A DNA stretch of 64,000 nt from an uncultured Lachnospiraceae bacterium. Its GTDB lineage: Bacteria; Bacillota; Clostridia; Lachnospirales; Lachnospiraceae. The translations under genes and the position numbers were made by a program. Under the pieces are notes generated by a model, which made no database searches, was not told the DNA's origin, and worked only from the letters and a program-made list of their open reading frames with translations. This document shows positions 48,052 through 57,905 of the stretch, piece by piece. The stretch is from the NCBI GenBank assembly GCA_964528295.1, contig CAZGRM010000001.1, positions 4,206-68,205 of the forward strand. Reading direction: 5' to 3'. Position 1 is the first letter of the stretch, and every line of letters starts with the position of its first letter.

Positions 48052-48909
48052 CTATTCCTTCAGCGCCGCGGCGGCCACTCCCTGCTCCAGGTACTCCTGC
48101 CCGGAAAGAAACAGGAGCAGGGCCGGAATCAGCATCATGATGGCGGCGGTAAATCCCATCCCCGCCTCCTCCAGGCCGATTTCCGGCAGAAAGAGGGCGA
48201 TGGGCCAGAGGGATTTCGTTTTTAAAAAGGTCATGGGCTGCTCTATCATATTCCAGGACTCCAGAAATCCCAAAATGCCGGAGGATACAATCCCGGCGGA
48301 GCCCAGCGGAATCCCGATCCTCAGAAAAATCTGAAGGTTCCCGGCCCCGTCGATCCTGGCCGCCTCCAGAATGGCCTCGGGGATTCCGCAAAAGAACCGG
48401 TACATGATAAAAATGGGAAAGGTGGAAAAGACCGCGGGCAGAATCACCGCCCAATGGGTATCCAGCATCCCCAGCCGGTTCAGCACCAGATACTCCGGCA
48501 GCATCAGAACCTGAAAGGGCATCAGCATCAACACAACGCAGAGCATCAGCGCCGCCTTCTTCCCCGGGAAATGAAACCGGGCCAGCCCCCAGGCCGCCGG
48601 AACGCCAAACGCCGTCTGTCCCGCCAGAATACAAAGAGACAGCTTCATGGAATTCCAAAACATCACAAAAAACTGGGGCGTATCCAACAGAAGCTCTACC
48701 AGCGGCTCCAGAGTGGGACTTCTCGGAAGCAGGGACCAGTCCGCCATTCCCTCCCCGCCGCCCAGCACCGGAGCCAGATACTCCTTCAGCTCCCACTGCC
48801 GCATAAACACACCGGATATGGCAAAGGCCACCGGAAAGCAAATCACCGCCGCCAGAAGAAACAAGGGCAGGTACACCAGCCCCCTTTTCAAATATTTGCT
48901 CAGCTCCAT
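48052..48909 (-). CDS. Carbohydrate (CUT1) ABC permease, MalG-type
   Basis: FWNS, PFQVLMLP, EAARIDGA, WNMIEQP. Confidence 0.9.
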   Translation of the reverse strand: MELSKYLKRGLVYLPLFLLAAVICFPVAFAISGVFMRQWELKEYLAPVLGGGEGMADWSLLPRSPTLEPLVELLLDTPQFFVMFWNSMKLSLCILAGQTAFGVPAAWGLARFHFPGKKAALMLCVVLMLMPFQVLMLPEYLVLNRLGMLDTHWAVILPAVFSTFPIFIMYRFFCGIPEAILEAARIDGAGNLQIFLRIGIPLGSAGIVSSGILGFLESWNMIEQPMTFLKTKSLWPIALFLPEIGLEEAGMGFTAAIMMLIPALLLFLSGQEYLEQGVAAAALKE

Positions 48910-48936
48910 CCAATCACTCCTCCTGATTTCCTCCCA

Positions 48937-49047
48937 CCCACTCTTCCCGATCCGCTTCCACCACATTCCTCCGCCCGCCCCTCCCGATCCGCTCCCATCA
49001 CATTCCTCCGCCCACTCTTCCCGATCCGCTCCCATCACATTCCTCCG
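48937..49047. repeat. 3 x 37-bp intergenic tandem repeat
   Basis: Unit CCCACTCTTCCCGATCCGCTCCCATCACATTCCTCCG at 48937, 48974 and 49011 with few mismatches and no spacers. Confidence 0.9.
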
Positions 49048-49070
49048 CCCGCGTCAATTTCTCAATCCAT

Positions 49071-49979
49071 CTACACCTCGCTGTCCCAGGCCTTCCTCAG
49101 CATCAGAATCAACACCAGCACCACCGTCCCGTTCAGCACCGCCGCCGCGGCGATTTTGTCAAAGGACAGCTCCCGGAACCAGTTATTGTAGAGGTGCTGA
49201 AGCAGATACATACTCTGGTGGGGATAATCTCCCGCCACCAGCCAGGCCTCCCGGAAAACCTTGAAGGAATTTAAAAAAGAAAGCACCGTGATCGTGTACA
49301 GGGAAGGCAAAAGATTCGGTATCGTGATTTTTATAAAACATTTCCATTCCCCCGCCCCGTCCACCCGGGCCGCCTCGTAGATCTCGATGGGAATCCCGGC
49401 CAGCCCCGCCATCCACAGGATCATATCGTAGCCCAGATTCTTCCACAGATAGCTGATGACCAGCACCCAGAACGCGGCGTCCGTCGTCATCCATCCCACC
49501 TTTTCTCCGCCAGACCGCAGAATCAGACCATTGATCAGGCCGTTGGAGTGAAATAACACCTTCCACACCAGCACCACCGAGGCGGCCGGCACCGCCATCG
49601 GCACCAGAAAAACGCTTTTCAGAAAATTTTTAAACCACTTGATCCGCCCCACCACCACCGCCAGCGCCAGGGATAACGCGACCAGCAGCGGAATGCAGAT
49701 GACAGTAAAGCGCAGCGTGTTGGAGGCGGCCAGCCGAAAGGCCGTGTTTCCCAGCACCTCTCTGTAATTTTTCAGCCCCACCCACTGGGCGGTCACCGCG
49801 CTCTGAAAGGACCGCCTCACCACATCCAGCGAGGGAATCAATGTGAAGTAAAGCACTCCGCTAAAGCCCGGCAGCAGAAAAAGAAGTCCCGGCAGGTTTT
49901 TTCGAAGCTCCCTGCGGGAATCCTTCCTTTTCCGCTTTTTTCTTCCGTCTTTTCCGTAACGCCCTCTCACGGTCCGCAT
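49071..49979 (-). CDS. Carbohydrate (CUT1) ABC permease, MalF-type
   Basis: VGLKNY, WKNLGY, YEAARVDGA, FKVFRE; AAAGGAG RBS. Confidence 0.9.
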   Translation of the reverse strand: MRTVRGRYGKDGRKKRKRKDSRRELRKNLPGLLFLLPGFSGVLYFTLIPSLDVVRRSFQSAVTAQWVGLKNYREVLGNTAFRLAASNTLRFTVICIPLLVALSLALAVVVGRIKWFKNFLKSVFLVPMAVPAASVVLVWKVLFHSNGLINGLILRSGGEKVGWMTTDAAFWVLVISYLWKNLGYDMILWMAGLAGIPIEIYEAARVDGAGEWKCFIKITIPNLLPSLYTITVLSFLNSFKVFREAWLVAGDYPHQSMYLLQHLYNNWFRELSFDKIAAAAVLNGTVVLVLILMLRKAWDSEV

Positions 49980-49996
49980 CGCTCCTTTCTCCACCG

Positions 49997-50051
49997 AGTG
50001 TACCATCCCTCTCTCTAAATAATCTCTAACCAATCTCTATTTTTTCTCTAA
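49997..50051 (-). promoter_or_regulatory. Promoter with 4 x TAGAGA direct repeats (11-bp period), copy 1
   Basis: TTAGAGAAAAAATAGAGATTGGTTAGAGATTATTTAGAGAGAGGGATGGTACACT. Confidence 0.8.
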
Positions 50052-50203
50052 TCAGCGGGCAGCCTCTTCCTTTTGCGCAGGCGCGCGTCCCCCGGAGGGC
50101 TTTGTGCTATATCACAAAGCCCTGGCCTCCCGTTTCCGGGATTCCAGGGCTCTCCTGCTTAAAAACTGTTTATTTTAGCCCGGGACCTGTGACGATGATC
50201 CCG

Positions 50204-52462
50204 CTACTCGGCCAGATACAGATTAATTTTCTGCATAATGGAGTTCACTGTCTCATCCACACTGAGCTCTCCGCTCATGCAGCGTCTCACCTCCTCCAGA
50301 ACCACATCGCTCTGAACGCTTCCATTGTCGGCGCATACGGTCAGATTTTCCACCTGAGCTTCCAGCCACTCCAGCTCCTCCTGAGCAGGCCACTCGTATT
50401 CCAGGCTATAGTACTCGCCGGTCTGATTATTCCCTGAAGAGACAGAATATCCGGCTCCCTCCTCCCACATAGGCTGATACAGGGTATCGGTAAAGGCCGC
50501 CCGGTTCACCGGGAATCCATGGTAATCGCTCAGAGTCTGGGCCTCCAAGGACAAGGCAAAGCTCACAAAATCCAGCGCCGCCTCCTGATTTTCGGAGGTG
50601 CTCAGCACTCCCAGCGTGCTCATCGGCTCGAATACGCCGGCCTGCTGCATCTCCAAAAGCGCAACGCCGCAGTCCCCCGTCACTCGATTTACAGAGCTCG
50701 CTCCGGAGTAAGCCATTATACTGCTCAAGGATCCAAGAAGCACCTTGGCCTCGCCGGAAACCAGATCCAGAAGCCCTCCGTTCACCTCCCCCATCTCCGC
50801 ATAATATCCGGTAAAATTGGTGAAGAAATCATTTCGCATGACCTGCTCCTCCATCACCGCTATCCATTCCAGCTGCTCCTGGGACGCACTGCCGCGATAA
50901 TTATCATACACATCCCGCACCGCCTTCACGTACTCCTGAAGCTTCTCCTGGTCGATGGTGTTATCCTCCTTTTTCCAGCTTCCGGCACATACGGGATAGA
51001 GAAGCTCCGGCAGCATATAGACATCGGACATGCTCAGCACATCCTGCTCCCCCGCCAGCTCCACCAGAGACGCCAGGCCCTCCACGGCGCTGATCTTCTC
51101 CTTTTCTCCCACCGCCACGGGGATGGCGAATTTGGCCGGAACCGCCGGTATCCCTTCCTCCGTCCGGTATACGCAGGCGATATTTTCCAGCAGGCCGTCC
51201 TCCGCCTTTACCTGATCCAGCACCTCGGTCAGATCCGCCAGCAGCCCCTGCTTTACATAAGTGTCTACGGATATGCCGTCCAGCACCAGGATATCCGGCC
51301 CGTTCCCCGCCAGAATGTCGGTGTTCAGGGTGCGCAGCGCGTCAGATACCGTGACCCCGTCCGTGCCGGACATCCCCACCTCATAGTTCACATAGGAATT
51401 GGGATTTTTCTTCTGATACTGGGTCACCATCTGGCGGACATCGCTGTCCTCATAGAGAGAGTATACGTTAATCTCATTTTCCGGCACCGTGGGAGTATCC
51501 TCCGAAAACTCATATTTCGCCAGCCCATTGGATCCGCCTTCACCGCTGTGCACCAGATAAAAGCACTGGCCGCACACTGCCAGAGACACGATGCCAAAGC
51601 TGGGATCCTGGAGAGAGCTGAGGGAACCGTCCACCACCTGCTCCACCACGCCGCCGTCGGGGGCGCAGGCGAAAATTCCTCTTTCGGTGGCGTAATACAG
51701 CCGTCCCTCCTCGTCCGTGGCGAAGGCCGCCGGCACACTGTTGCTGTTGGTAATCCAGTAGCTGGCCCCGTCCGCGAACATGGCGTCCGTCAAAACCTCC
51801 CACCTTCCCAAAGGCTCTCCCGTGCTCCCGTCATACCGCTGCACATCGGAGCCGGTGATCAGCAGGGCCTCGCTTCCGCAGCCCGCCGCCAGGGCGGGCT
51901 CCTCACTTGTCAGCGTATACTTTGCCTCCCCGGTATCCCGGTCCAGAATAGCCGCTCCGACACCGGAGCCTACGGCGATCAATTCATTGGCATCCGTGAA
52001 TTCCAGCATCGTATAGTTCATCCCGTTCATGGCCGTCTTTTTCACCGTTCCCTCCGCGTCAAAGGACACATAGAAAATCGTATAATCCTCCTCCGACTCT
52101 CCCATTTCAAAGGACACTCCCGCGCCGCCCCCGTCGCCGGCCAGCGCCGCGGTCATAAAATAGCTGATATTTTCCGACAGGACAGCCGCCCGCTCCCAGG
52201 TGGCTCCGCCGTCCCTGCTGTCCCACAGCTCCGGCGCCTCTTCCTGGGTGTAGGCCAGCATCCGCAGCCCGCCGTCCTCCAGCCGGACCACATCGATAGG
52301 CTCCAGCTCCTGGGGCAGCTCCAGCTCCGTCTCCAGATAACGCCCCATGGCGCCGTCCTCCTGGGCATACACCGCCATTCCCGGCATCCCGCTCACCCAC
52401 AGGCAAAGGGCCGCCGCCCCCGCCCAGAATCTCCTCCATCCTTTGTTTCCTTTCTTATTCAT
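50204..52462 (-). CDS. Large extracellular solute-binding protein (beta-rich N-domain + sugar-SBP-like C-domain)
   Basis: Signal peptide, MGRYLE, LNTDILAGNGPDILVLD, GLLADL, FPVNRAAF, terminal INLYLAE. Confidence 0.85.
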   Translation of the reverse strand: MNKKGNKGWRRFWAGAAALCLWVSGMPGMAVYAQEDGAMGRYLETELELPQELEPIDVVRLEDGGLRMLAYTQEEAPELWDSRDGGATWERAAVLSENISYFMTAALAGDGGGAGVSFEMGESEEDYTIFYVSFDAEGTVKKTAMNGMNYTMLEFTDANELIAVGSGVGAAILDRDTGEAKYTLTSEEPALAAGCGSEALLITGSDVQRYDGSTGEPLGRWEVLTDAMFADGASYWITNSNSVPAAFATDEEGRLYYATERGIFACAPDGGVVEQVVDGSLSSLQDPSFGIVSLAVCGQCFYLVHSGEGGSNGLAKYEFSEDTPTVPENEINVYSLYEDSDVRQMVTQYQKKNPNSYVNYEVGMSGTDGVTVSDALRTLNTDILAGNGPDILVLDGISVDTYVKQGLLADLTEVLDQVKAEDGLLENIACVYRTEEGIPAVPAKFAIPVAVGEKEKISAVEGLASLVELAGEQDVLSMSDVYMLPELLYPVCAGSWKKEDNTIDQEKLQEYVKAVRDVYDNYRGSASQEQLEWIAVMEEQVMRNDFFTNFTGYYAEMGEVNGGLLDLVSGEAKVLLGSLSSIMAYSGASSVNRVTGDCGVALLEMQQAGVFEPMSTLGVLSTSENQEAALDFVSFALSLEAQTLSDYHGFPVNRAAFTDTLYQPMWEEGAGYSVSSGNNQTGEYYSLEYEWPAQEELEWLEAQVENLTVCADNGSVQSDVVLEEVRRCMSGELSVDETVNSIMQKINLYLAE

Positions 52463-52494
52463 ATTCCGCCTCCTGTCTGTATATTTTACGCTCC

Positions 52495-52541
52495 AGAGCG
52501 TGTTTGAAAATTTACCTTTTCCAATCCTCAAACACGTCTTA
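52495..52541. mobile_element. Degenerate MITE-like element
   Basis: AGAGCGTGTTTGA...TCAAACACGTCTTA inverted ends, related to the 54724 element. Confidence 0.6.
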
Positions 52542-52595
52542 GTGTATCATCCCTTTCTCTAAACAATCTCTAAACTGTCTCTATTTTTTCTCTAA
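52541..52595 (-). promoter_or_regulatory. Promoter with 4 x TAGAGA direct repeats, copy 2
   Basis: 49/55 identical to 49997-50051; ends in TGATACACT extended -10. Confidence 0.8.
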
Positions 52596-52684
52596 GAAAA
52601 TTCAGATTTTTAGAGAAAAAATAAAGAATTCCATGGTACAATATGGTCTGACATCACAACAATCATTTTATGCGAGGAACCGCC

Positions 52685-53362
52685 ATGCGAATTTTATTGA
52701 TCGAAGACGACACCGCCCTGTGCCGTTCCCTGGAGCTTCTTCTGAAACAGCAGGGCTTCTCCGTCACCGTCTGCAATGACGGGGAGGAGGGCTTATTCTA
52801 CATTATGGAAAACAGTCACGATCTGGTGCTGCTGGACCGGATGCTGCCCGGCCTAAGCGGAATGGAGGTGCTGCAAAGGGCCCGGGCCAAGGGCTGTGCG
52901 GTGCCCGTCATCTTTCTCACGGCTCTGGGCAGCCTGGAGGAACGGATCACCGGCCTGGACTGCGGCGCGGACGACTACATCATCAAGCCCTTTGCCTTTG
53001 AGGAGCTGATGGCCCGGATCCGCTGCATTTCCCGCCGCCCCCAGAATTTCACCGCCACAAACCTGCTGGTCTGGGGGGACCTCTCCTACCATTTGCAGCA
53101 AAATCTCCTGACCTGCGGCCAGAGCTCCTGTACCCTCTCCCGCCGGGAGGGCGAGCTGCTGACTCTGTTTTTAAAAAATCCGGATCAAACTCTGCCCCGC
53201 TCCACCATTCTGTCCCGGGTCTGGGGCCCGGAAGCGGAGATCGAGAGCGGAAATCTGGATAATTATATCCACTTTCTGCGCCGCCGGCTGAAATCCGTGG
53301 GCAGCCGCCTGAAGCTCACCACGGTCCGGGGAATCGGCTACCGGCTCACTGACACCGAATGA
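52685..53362 (+). CDS. OmpR-family response regulator
   Basis: IEDD, LLDRMLP, FLTA, KPF, YIHFLRRRL, TVRGIGY. Confidence 0.95.
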   Translation: MRILLIEDDTALCRSLELLLKQQGFSVTVCNDGEEGLFYIMENSHDLVLLDRMLPGLSGMEVLQRARAKGCAVPVIFLTALGSLEERITGLDCGADDYIIKPFAFEELMARIRCISRRPQNFTATNLLVWGDLSYHLQQNLLTCGQSSCTLSRREGELLTLFLKNPDQTLPRSTILSRVWGPEAEIESGNLDNYIHFLRRRLKSVGSRLKLTTVRGIGYRLTDTE

Positions 53363-53388
53363 CCTGACACCAGGAAAGAGGGATTTAC

Positions 53389-54678
53389 ATGTTACACAAG
53401 CTGCATCTTCGGCTCACCGCCTTCTGCGCCCTGATCACGGGCCTGATCGTGATCATTCTCACTGTCATCTGCCTCCATATCTCCGAATCCGGCATGCTGG
53501 AGCAGGAATACAGCTCCTTTGAGAGCGGTCTGAATGCTCTGTACCAGAATCTTTCCGTTCAAAGCCTGCTGTCCCACAGCTGGCTGCGGCAGATGGAAAA
53601 TAATTACCAGATTTCTCTGCGGCTCACCGACAACGGCCGCCCGCTGGTATTCCAGAATATCGGCGGCTCCGGGACGGAGAGCGCCCTTTTGGATCTGGTG
53701 GAGGAGACCTCCGCCTCCCGGCACGGCATTGATATACACGCCGCCTCCGGTGCGGGCACTCTGATCCGCCATGCGGAATTTGCTCTCCGGGACGGGGAAG
53801 GCCAGACCTTCTTCGGAGCTGCGGCCCTGATCCCCAGGTCAGGCACCGCCCTGGGCATTTCCGCCTTCCACTCCTTATCCTCCTTAAGGGCCCGGATCAA
53901 AACCCAGCGGCTGGCCTTTCTCCTCACCGACGGGGCCGCCATCCTTCTCCTTACCTTGTTTTCCTGGCATTTCACGGCCCGGATGATGCGCCCTCTGAAG
54001 GAAAACAGAGAACGGCAGATCCAGTTCGTGGCCTCCGCCTCCCACGAGCTGCGCTCTCCTCTCACCGTCATCCTCAGCAACGTGGCCGCGGTCAAGAGCG
54101 GCATCATGGCCAATGACCGGCAATTTCTGGACACCATCGACTCCGAGGGCCAGCGCATGTCCCGGCTGGTCAGCGATATGCTCCAGCTGGCCAGCGCCGA
54201 CAACCATTCCTGGAGTATGCGGCCCTCGGATGTGGAGCTGGATACCCTTCTCCTTCAGACCTGGGAATACTATGAGCCCCAGGCCCTGTCCCGGCACTTT
54301 CTCTGGGACATTCGGCTGCCGGAGGAGCCGGTGCCGCCCTGCCGCTGCGACGCGGAGCGGATCCGGCAGCTTTTGGCCATCCTCATCGATAATGCCTTTT
54401 CCTACGTGTCCGAGGGCGGCCGGATCTGCCTCTCCCTGGAAGCCGGCTCCCGGTCCCTGCGCGTCGCTGTCTCTGACAACGGCCCCGGCATCCCCGACAG
54501 CCAGAAGGAGCTGATCTTTCAGCGCTTCTGCCGGGCGGACCCCTCCCGGCAGAGCAAGGCCCACTTTGGCCTGGGCCTGTGTATCGCCCGGGAGATCGCG
54601 CAGCTTCACCGGGGGCAGCTTCTCCTGACTGACACCCCCGGCGGCGGCGCCACCTTCACCCTTGTCCTGCCTGTCTGA
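53389..54678 (+). CDS. Sensor histidine kinase
   Basis: Two TMs, ASHELRSPL, DNAFSY, DNGPGI, FGLGL. Confidence 0.95.
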   Translation: MLHKLHLRLTAFCALITGLIVIILTVICLHISESGMLEQEYSSFESGLNALYQNLSVQSLLSHSWLRQMENNYQISLRLTDNGRPLVFQNIGGSGTESALLDLVEETSASRHGIDIHAASGAGTLIRHAEFALRDGEGQTFFGAAALIPRSGTALGISAFHSLSSLRARIKTQRLAFLLTDGAAILLLTLFSWHFTARMMRPLKENRERQIQFVASASHELRSPLTVILSNVAAVKSGIMANDRQFLDTIDSEGQRMSRLVSDMLQLASADNHSWSMRPSDVELDTLLLQTWEYYEPQALSRHFLWDIRLPEEPVPPCRCDAERIRQLLAILIDNAFSYVSEGGRICLSLEAGSRSLRVAVSDNGPGIPDSQKELIFQRFCRADPSRQSKAHFGLGLCIAREIAQLHRGQLLLTDTPGGGATFTLVLPV

Positions 54679-54723
54679 GCTTTTTGCGGGATGAATTGTC
54701 TTTACAAATTCTTCCTTCAATGC

Positions 54724-54789
54724 TAGAGTGTATTTGAAACCTTCTTCCCGAGATCCGTCTCACAGAAAGCAACCTTCAAATACACTCTA
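54724..54789. mobile_element. 66-bp MITE-like element with perfect 15-bp terminal inverted repeats
   Basis: TAGAGTGTATTTGAA (54724-54738) and TTCAAATACACTCTA (54775-54789), TA at both ends. Confidence 0.7.
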
Positions 54790-54810
54790 TTTTTAAGGGA
54801 GAATTTTGTT

Positions 54811-56934
54811 ATGAAAAAAATCAGCCGCCGCGCCTCCTGCCTCAAATACCTTCTTCTGCTTCTGCTGCTTTTGGCAGCTCCCCCGGTCTCCTCCCAGGCG
54901 GCGGCAAAGCCCGCGCGAATCACCTCCTGCAAGCTCTCCTCCGCCTCCAAGATCAAGATCACCGCGACCCTGAAGTCCCCCAAGTCCGTCTCGGGCAGCA
55001 AGTGCTATCTTTTTGCCCTTCCCCTGTCCCGCTCCACCATAAAGGCCGGCGACAAGCCGGTGCTCTCCAAGACGAAGGCCTCCAAAATGACCTTCTCTCT
55101 TTCCCTGAATCAGAAGAAGACCTCCAGCCGCCTGTATTCCTGCTTTGTCCTCGCAGCCAAAAAGAAGGACGGCACCTACCAGGTCATCAGCAATGCCAGC
55201 TACCTCTCCAATCCCGGAAAGGCCGCCAAGTACACCTACAAGTTTCCCACCGCCTCCTCCAAAAAGGGCCTCCAGGTCAGCGCCAGCATGCTGGAGGACG
55301 CGGTGGAGCTGAATGTGCGCCACTCTGTCCTGAACATCGTTTTCACCGAGATGATCGCCACGAAAGCGGAGAGCAACAAAACGGTTTCCATCTCCTACAA
55401 ATACCACGGCACCACCTACTGGTTCCGCCGGTCTGTGGTGGAAAATTATGACCGCCAGCTGACAGCCCTGAAGGAATCCGGCACCGTGGTCAGCGCCGTC
55501 CTGCTGCTGGGATGGAGGGATGACCTGAAAAACCTGATCTATTCCTCCGGCCGCAAAAAGGGCCACGCCTTCTACGCCTGGAACACCAAGGATACCAAGC
55601 CCAGAGAGCAGCTTCAGGCCACCCTCTCCTTTTTGGCGGAGCGGTACGCCTCCTCCGGCACAAAATACGGGCGGATCGCCAACTGGATCGTGGGGAATGA
55701 GGTAAACAATTACCAGGTCTACAATTACGCCGGAAAAAAGACGCTGACGCAGTACGCCCAAATTTACGCCAACGCCTTTCGCCTGACCTACAATACCGTC
55801 ACCAGCGTGTACTCCAATGCCCGGGTCTACATTTCCCTGGACCATCTCTGGAATACCACCACCGTCTCCGGCACCTTCGCTTCCCGGAAAATGCTGGACG
55901 CCTTTGCCAAGGCCCTCTCCAACCAGGGCGGCATTCCGTGGAATCTGGCCTACCATCCCTACAGCTCCCCCCTGACGGAGCCGAAATTCTGGGAAAACAC
56001 AAACAAGCAGCTCACCGAGTCCCTGTCCACTCCGGTGATCAATATGGGAAACATCAGCCTTCTGACCACCTACATCCGCAAAACCTACGGCGCCAGCACC
56101 CGGATCATCCTGTCCGAGCAGGGTTACACCTCGGTTCAAAACGGGAAAAATGTACAGGCGGCCCAGACAGCCGCCATCGCCTACAGCTATTATCTCACCG
56201 AGTCGGACGATATGATCGATTCCTTCATCATGAACCGCCACGTGGACCACGATGTGGAGGTGGCCCAGGGCCTGAATCTCGGTCTGTGGACCACCGCCGG
56301 AGGCGCAAATCCTGAGTGGGCCGACACGAAAAAAAGCTCCTGGGAGGTCTTCAAATACATGGACACCAGCCAGTCCCAGCAGGTGACCGCCTCCTCCCTG
56401 AAGGTCCTGGGCATCGACGACTGGTCCCAGGTCATCGAGAGCTTTGACGCCTCCCTGTACACAAAGACCAGCCTGACCACCGTCGCCCCGAAGCAGGTGA
56501 AAAGCTACGCCAAAAAGGCCGCCCTGTCCTCCGGCTGGAAATCCTACGGCGCCGCCTCCTCCCTGCGAAAAATCCAGGGCGGCTTCCAGGTCCTCCATGA
56601 CAGCAGCCGGAACCGCAATTCCCTCTGGGGCTTTTCCCAGAGCTTCAAAAAAGCGGTGAGCTTCGCGAAGGCCACGAATTTTTCCGCCACTTTGAAGGTG
56701 AACGGCTCCACCTCCGGCCAGGTCCAGGTAAAGCTCCGCTTCTACAGCAACGACAAGATCCTGGAAAGCTCCTGCGTCATCGCCGCCGGCAAAGCCGTAA
56801 AGCTGACCGTGCCCCTCTCCAAATGGAAGTACCGCAAATCTGTCACAAAGATTCTGGTCACGCTGGCCCCTGTGGGAAACGGCAAATGGAAAAGCGGCGC
56901 CTCCCTGGAGATGACCAGCGCCGTGCGGTCCTAG
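54811..56934 (+). CDS. Secreted DUF5722-like putative glycoside hydrolase (clan GH-A type)
   Basis: Signal peptide, SKKGLQ, NWIVGNEVN, AYHPY, ILSEQG; Lys-rich flanking beta domains. Confidence 0.75.
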   Translation: MKKISRRASCLKYLLLLLLLLAAPPVSSQAAAKPARITSCKLSSASKIKITATLKSPKSVSGSKCYLFALPLSRSTIKAGDKPVLSKTKASKMTFSLSLNQKKTSSRLYSCFVLAAKKKDGTYQVISNASYLSNPGKAAKYTYKFPTASSKKGLQVSASMLEDAVELNVRHSVLNIVFTEMIATKAESNKTVSISYKYHGTTYWFRRSVVENYDRQLTALKESGTVVSAVLLLGWRDDLKNLIYSSGRKKGHAFYAWNTKDTKPREQLQATLSFLAERYASSGTKYGRIANWIVGNEVNNYQVYNYAGKKTLTQYAQIYANAFRLTYNTVTSVYSNARVYISLDHLWNTTTVSGTFASRKMLDAFAKALSNQGGIPWNLAYHPYSSPLTEPKFWENTNKQLTESLSTPVINMGNISLLTTYIRKTYGASTRIILSEQGYTSVQNGKNVQAAQTAAIAYSYYLTESDDMIDSFIMNRHVDHDVEVAQGLNLGLWTTAGGANPEWADTKKSSWEVFKYMDTSQSQQVTASSLKVLGIDDWSQVIESFDASLYTKTSLTTVAPKQVKSYAKKAALSSGWKSYGAASSLRKIQGGFQVLHDSSRNRNSLWGFSQSFKKAVSFAKATNFSATLKVNGSTSGQVQVKLRFYSNDKILESSCVIAAGKAVKLTVPLSKWKYRKSVTKILVTLAPVGNGKWKSGASLEMTSAVRS

Positions 56935-57722
56935 AGTGTGTTTGAGGAGGCATACTGCCGCCCCTCCTCATCCATATGGTACCCCTCAAAATACACCAGC
57001 TCTGACAGCGGCACCAATTGATAGCCCTGCTCCTGGAGCCTGGTGATCACCTCATCCAACGCGTGGACTGTATACTTGGCTCCATTGTGCATCAAAATAA
57101 TGGAGCCGTTGCCCAGATGAGGATGCTCCGTCACCGTGGAGATGATTGATTCCATTCCGTAATCCTTCCAGTCCAGGGAATCCACATCCCACTGCACCGT
57201 CAGATACCCCATCTGCCTGGCCGTCTCGATCACTTCATTGTCATAGTCCCCATAGGGCGGCCGGAACAGACGCATCTCCACCCCAGTCAATTCCTTCACC
57301 TTCTCATGGACGCTCAGCAACTCCTGGCGGCATTCCGCCTTTGTCAGCTCACTCATGTTTTTGTGATTCTGGCTGTGGTTTCCCAGGTCATGGCCCGCCG
57401 CCGCGATGGCCTTCACATCCTCCGGGTAGCTGTCCACCCAGCCGCCTGTCACGAAAAAGGTGGCCTTCACGCCCCGGTTCTCCAGAATCTTCAAAATGTT
57501 TGCGGTATCCTCATTCCCCCAGGCCGCGTCAAAGGTCAGCGCCACCTTCTTCTCCTCCGTCTTCACACAGTACACCGGCAGCTCCCGCCCATTCACGGTA
57601 CTGTTCACCGCCACGCTCCTCTGATTTGCCACGTGGGCCCCGATGAAAAACACCAGCGAACAGAGACACAGAAGCCCCAGCCCCCGCAGCCGGTACCAGA
57701 CCAGATTCTCCTTCTCTTCCAT
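56931..57722 (-). CDS. Polysaccharide deacetylase, sporulation PdaB-like
   Basis: TFDAAWG, GNHSQNH, RPPYG, WDVDSLDW, LMHN. Confidence 0.9.
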   Translation of the reverse strand: MEEKENLVWYRLRGLGLLCLCSLVFFIGAHVANQRSVAVNSTVNGRELPVYCVKTEEKKVALTFDAAWGNEDTANILKILENRGVKATFFVTGGWVDSYPEDVKAIAAAGHDLGNHSQNHKNMSELTKAECRQELLSVHEKVKELTGVEMRLFRPPYGDYDNEVIETARQMGYLTVQWDVDSLDWKDYGMESIISTVTEHPHLGNGSIILMHNGAKYTVHALDEVITRLQEQGYQLVPLSELVYFEGYHMDEEGRQYASSNTL

Positions 57723-57749
57723 AATTTCCGCCCCTCATCTCCTTATTTC

Positions 57750-57775
57750 AATATATGAGGGTGAATCAGGCATGA
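57750..57775 (-). promoter_or_regulatory. SigE-type mother-cell promoter
   Basis: Minus strand TCATG-N13-CATATATT upstream of the pdaB-like gene. Confidence 0.55.
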
Positions 57776-57905
57776 TTCCCTGAGATTTCTTTTGCGGATT
57801 CTATTTCTGTGCTTTTGGGTTTTTCCCGGAAAATATTATAGATTGTCCCTCCATTCTGTGGTATCATTGTGGTACAAATGGAAATGTAACAAAGGAGGTA
57901 TTCCC

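Noticed and set aside
48032-48913. Overlapping 293-aa same-strand ORF
   Set aside because: Alternative frame of the MalG-type permease; Gly/Ala-rich with no motifs
48937-49047. 37-bp repeats as a CRISPR array
   Set aside because: Units are contiguous with no unique spacers, no leader and no cas genes
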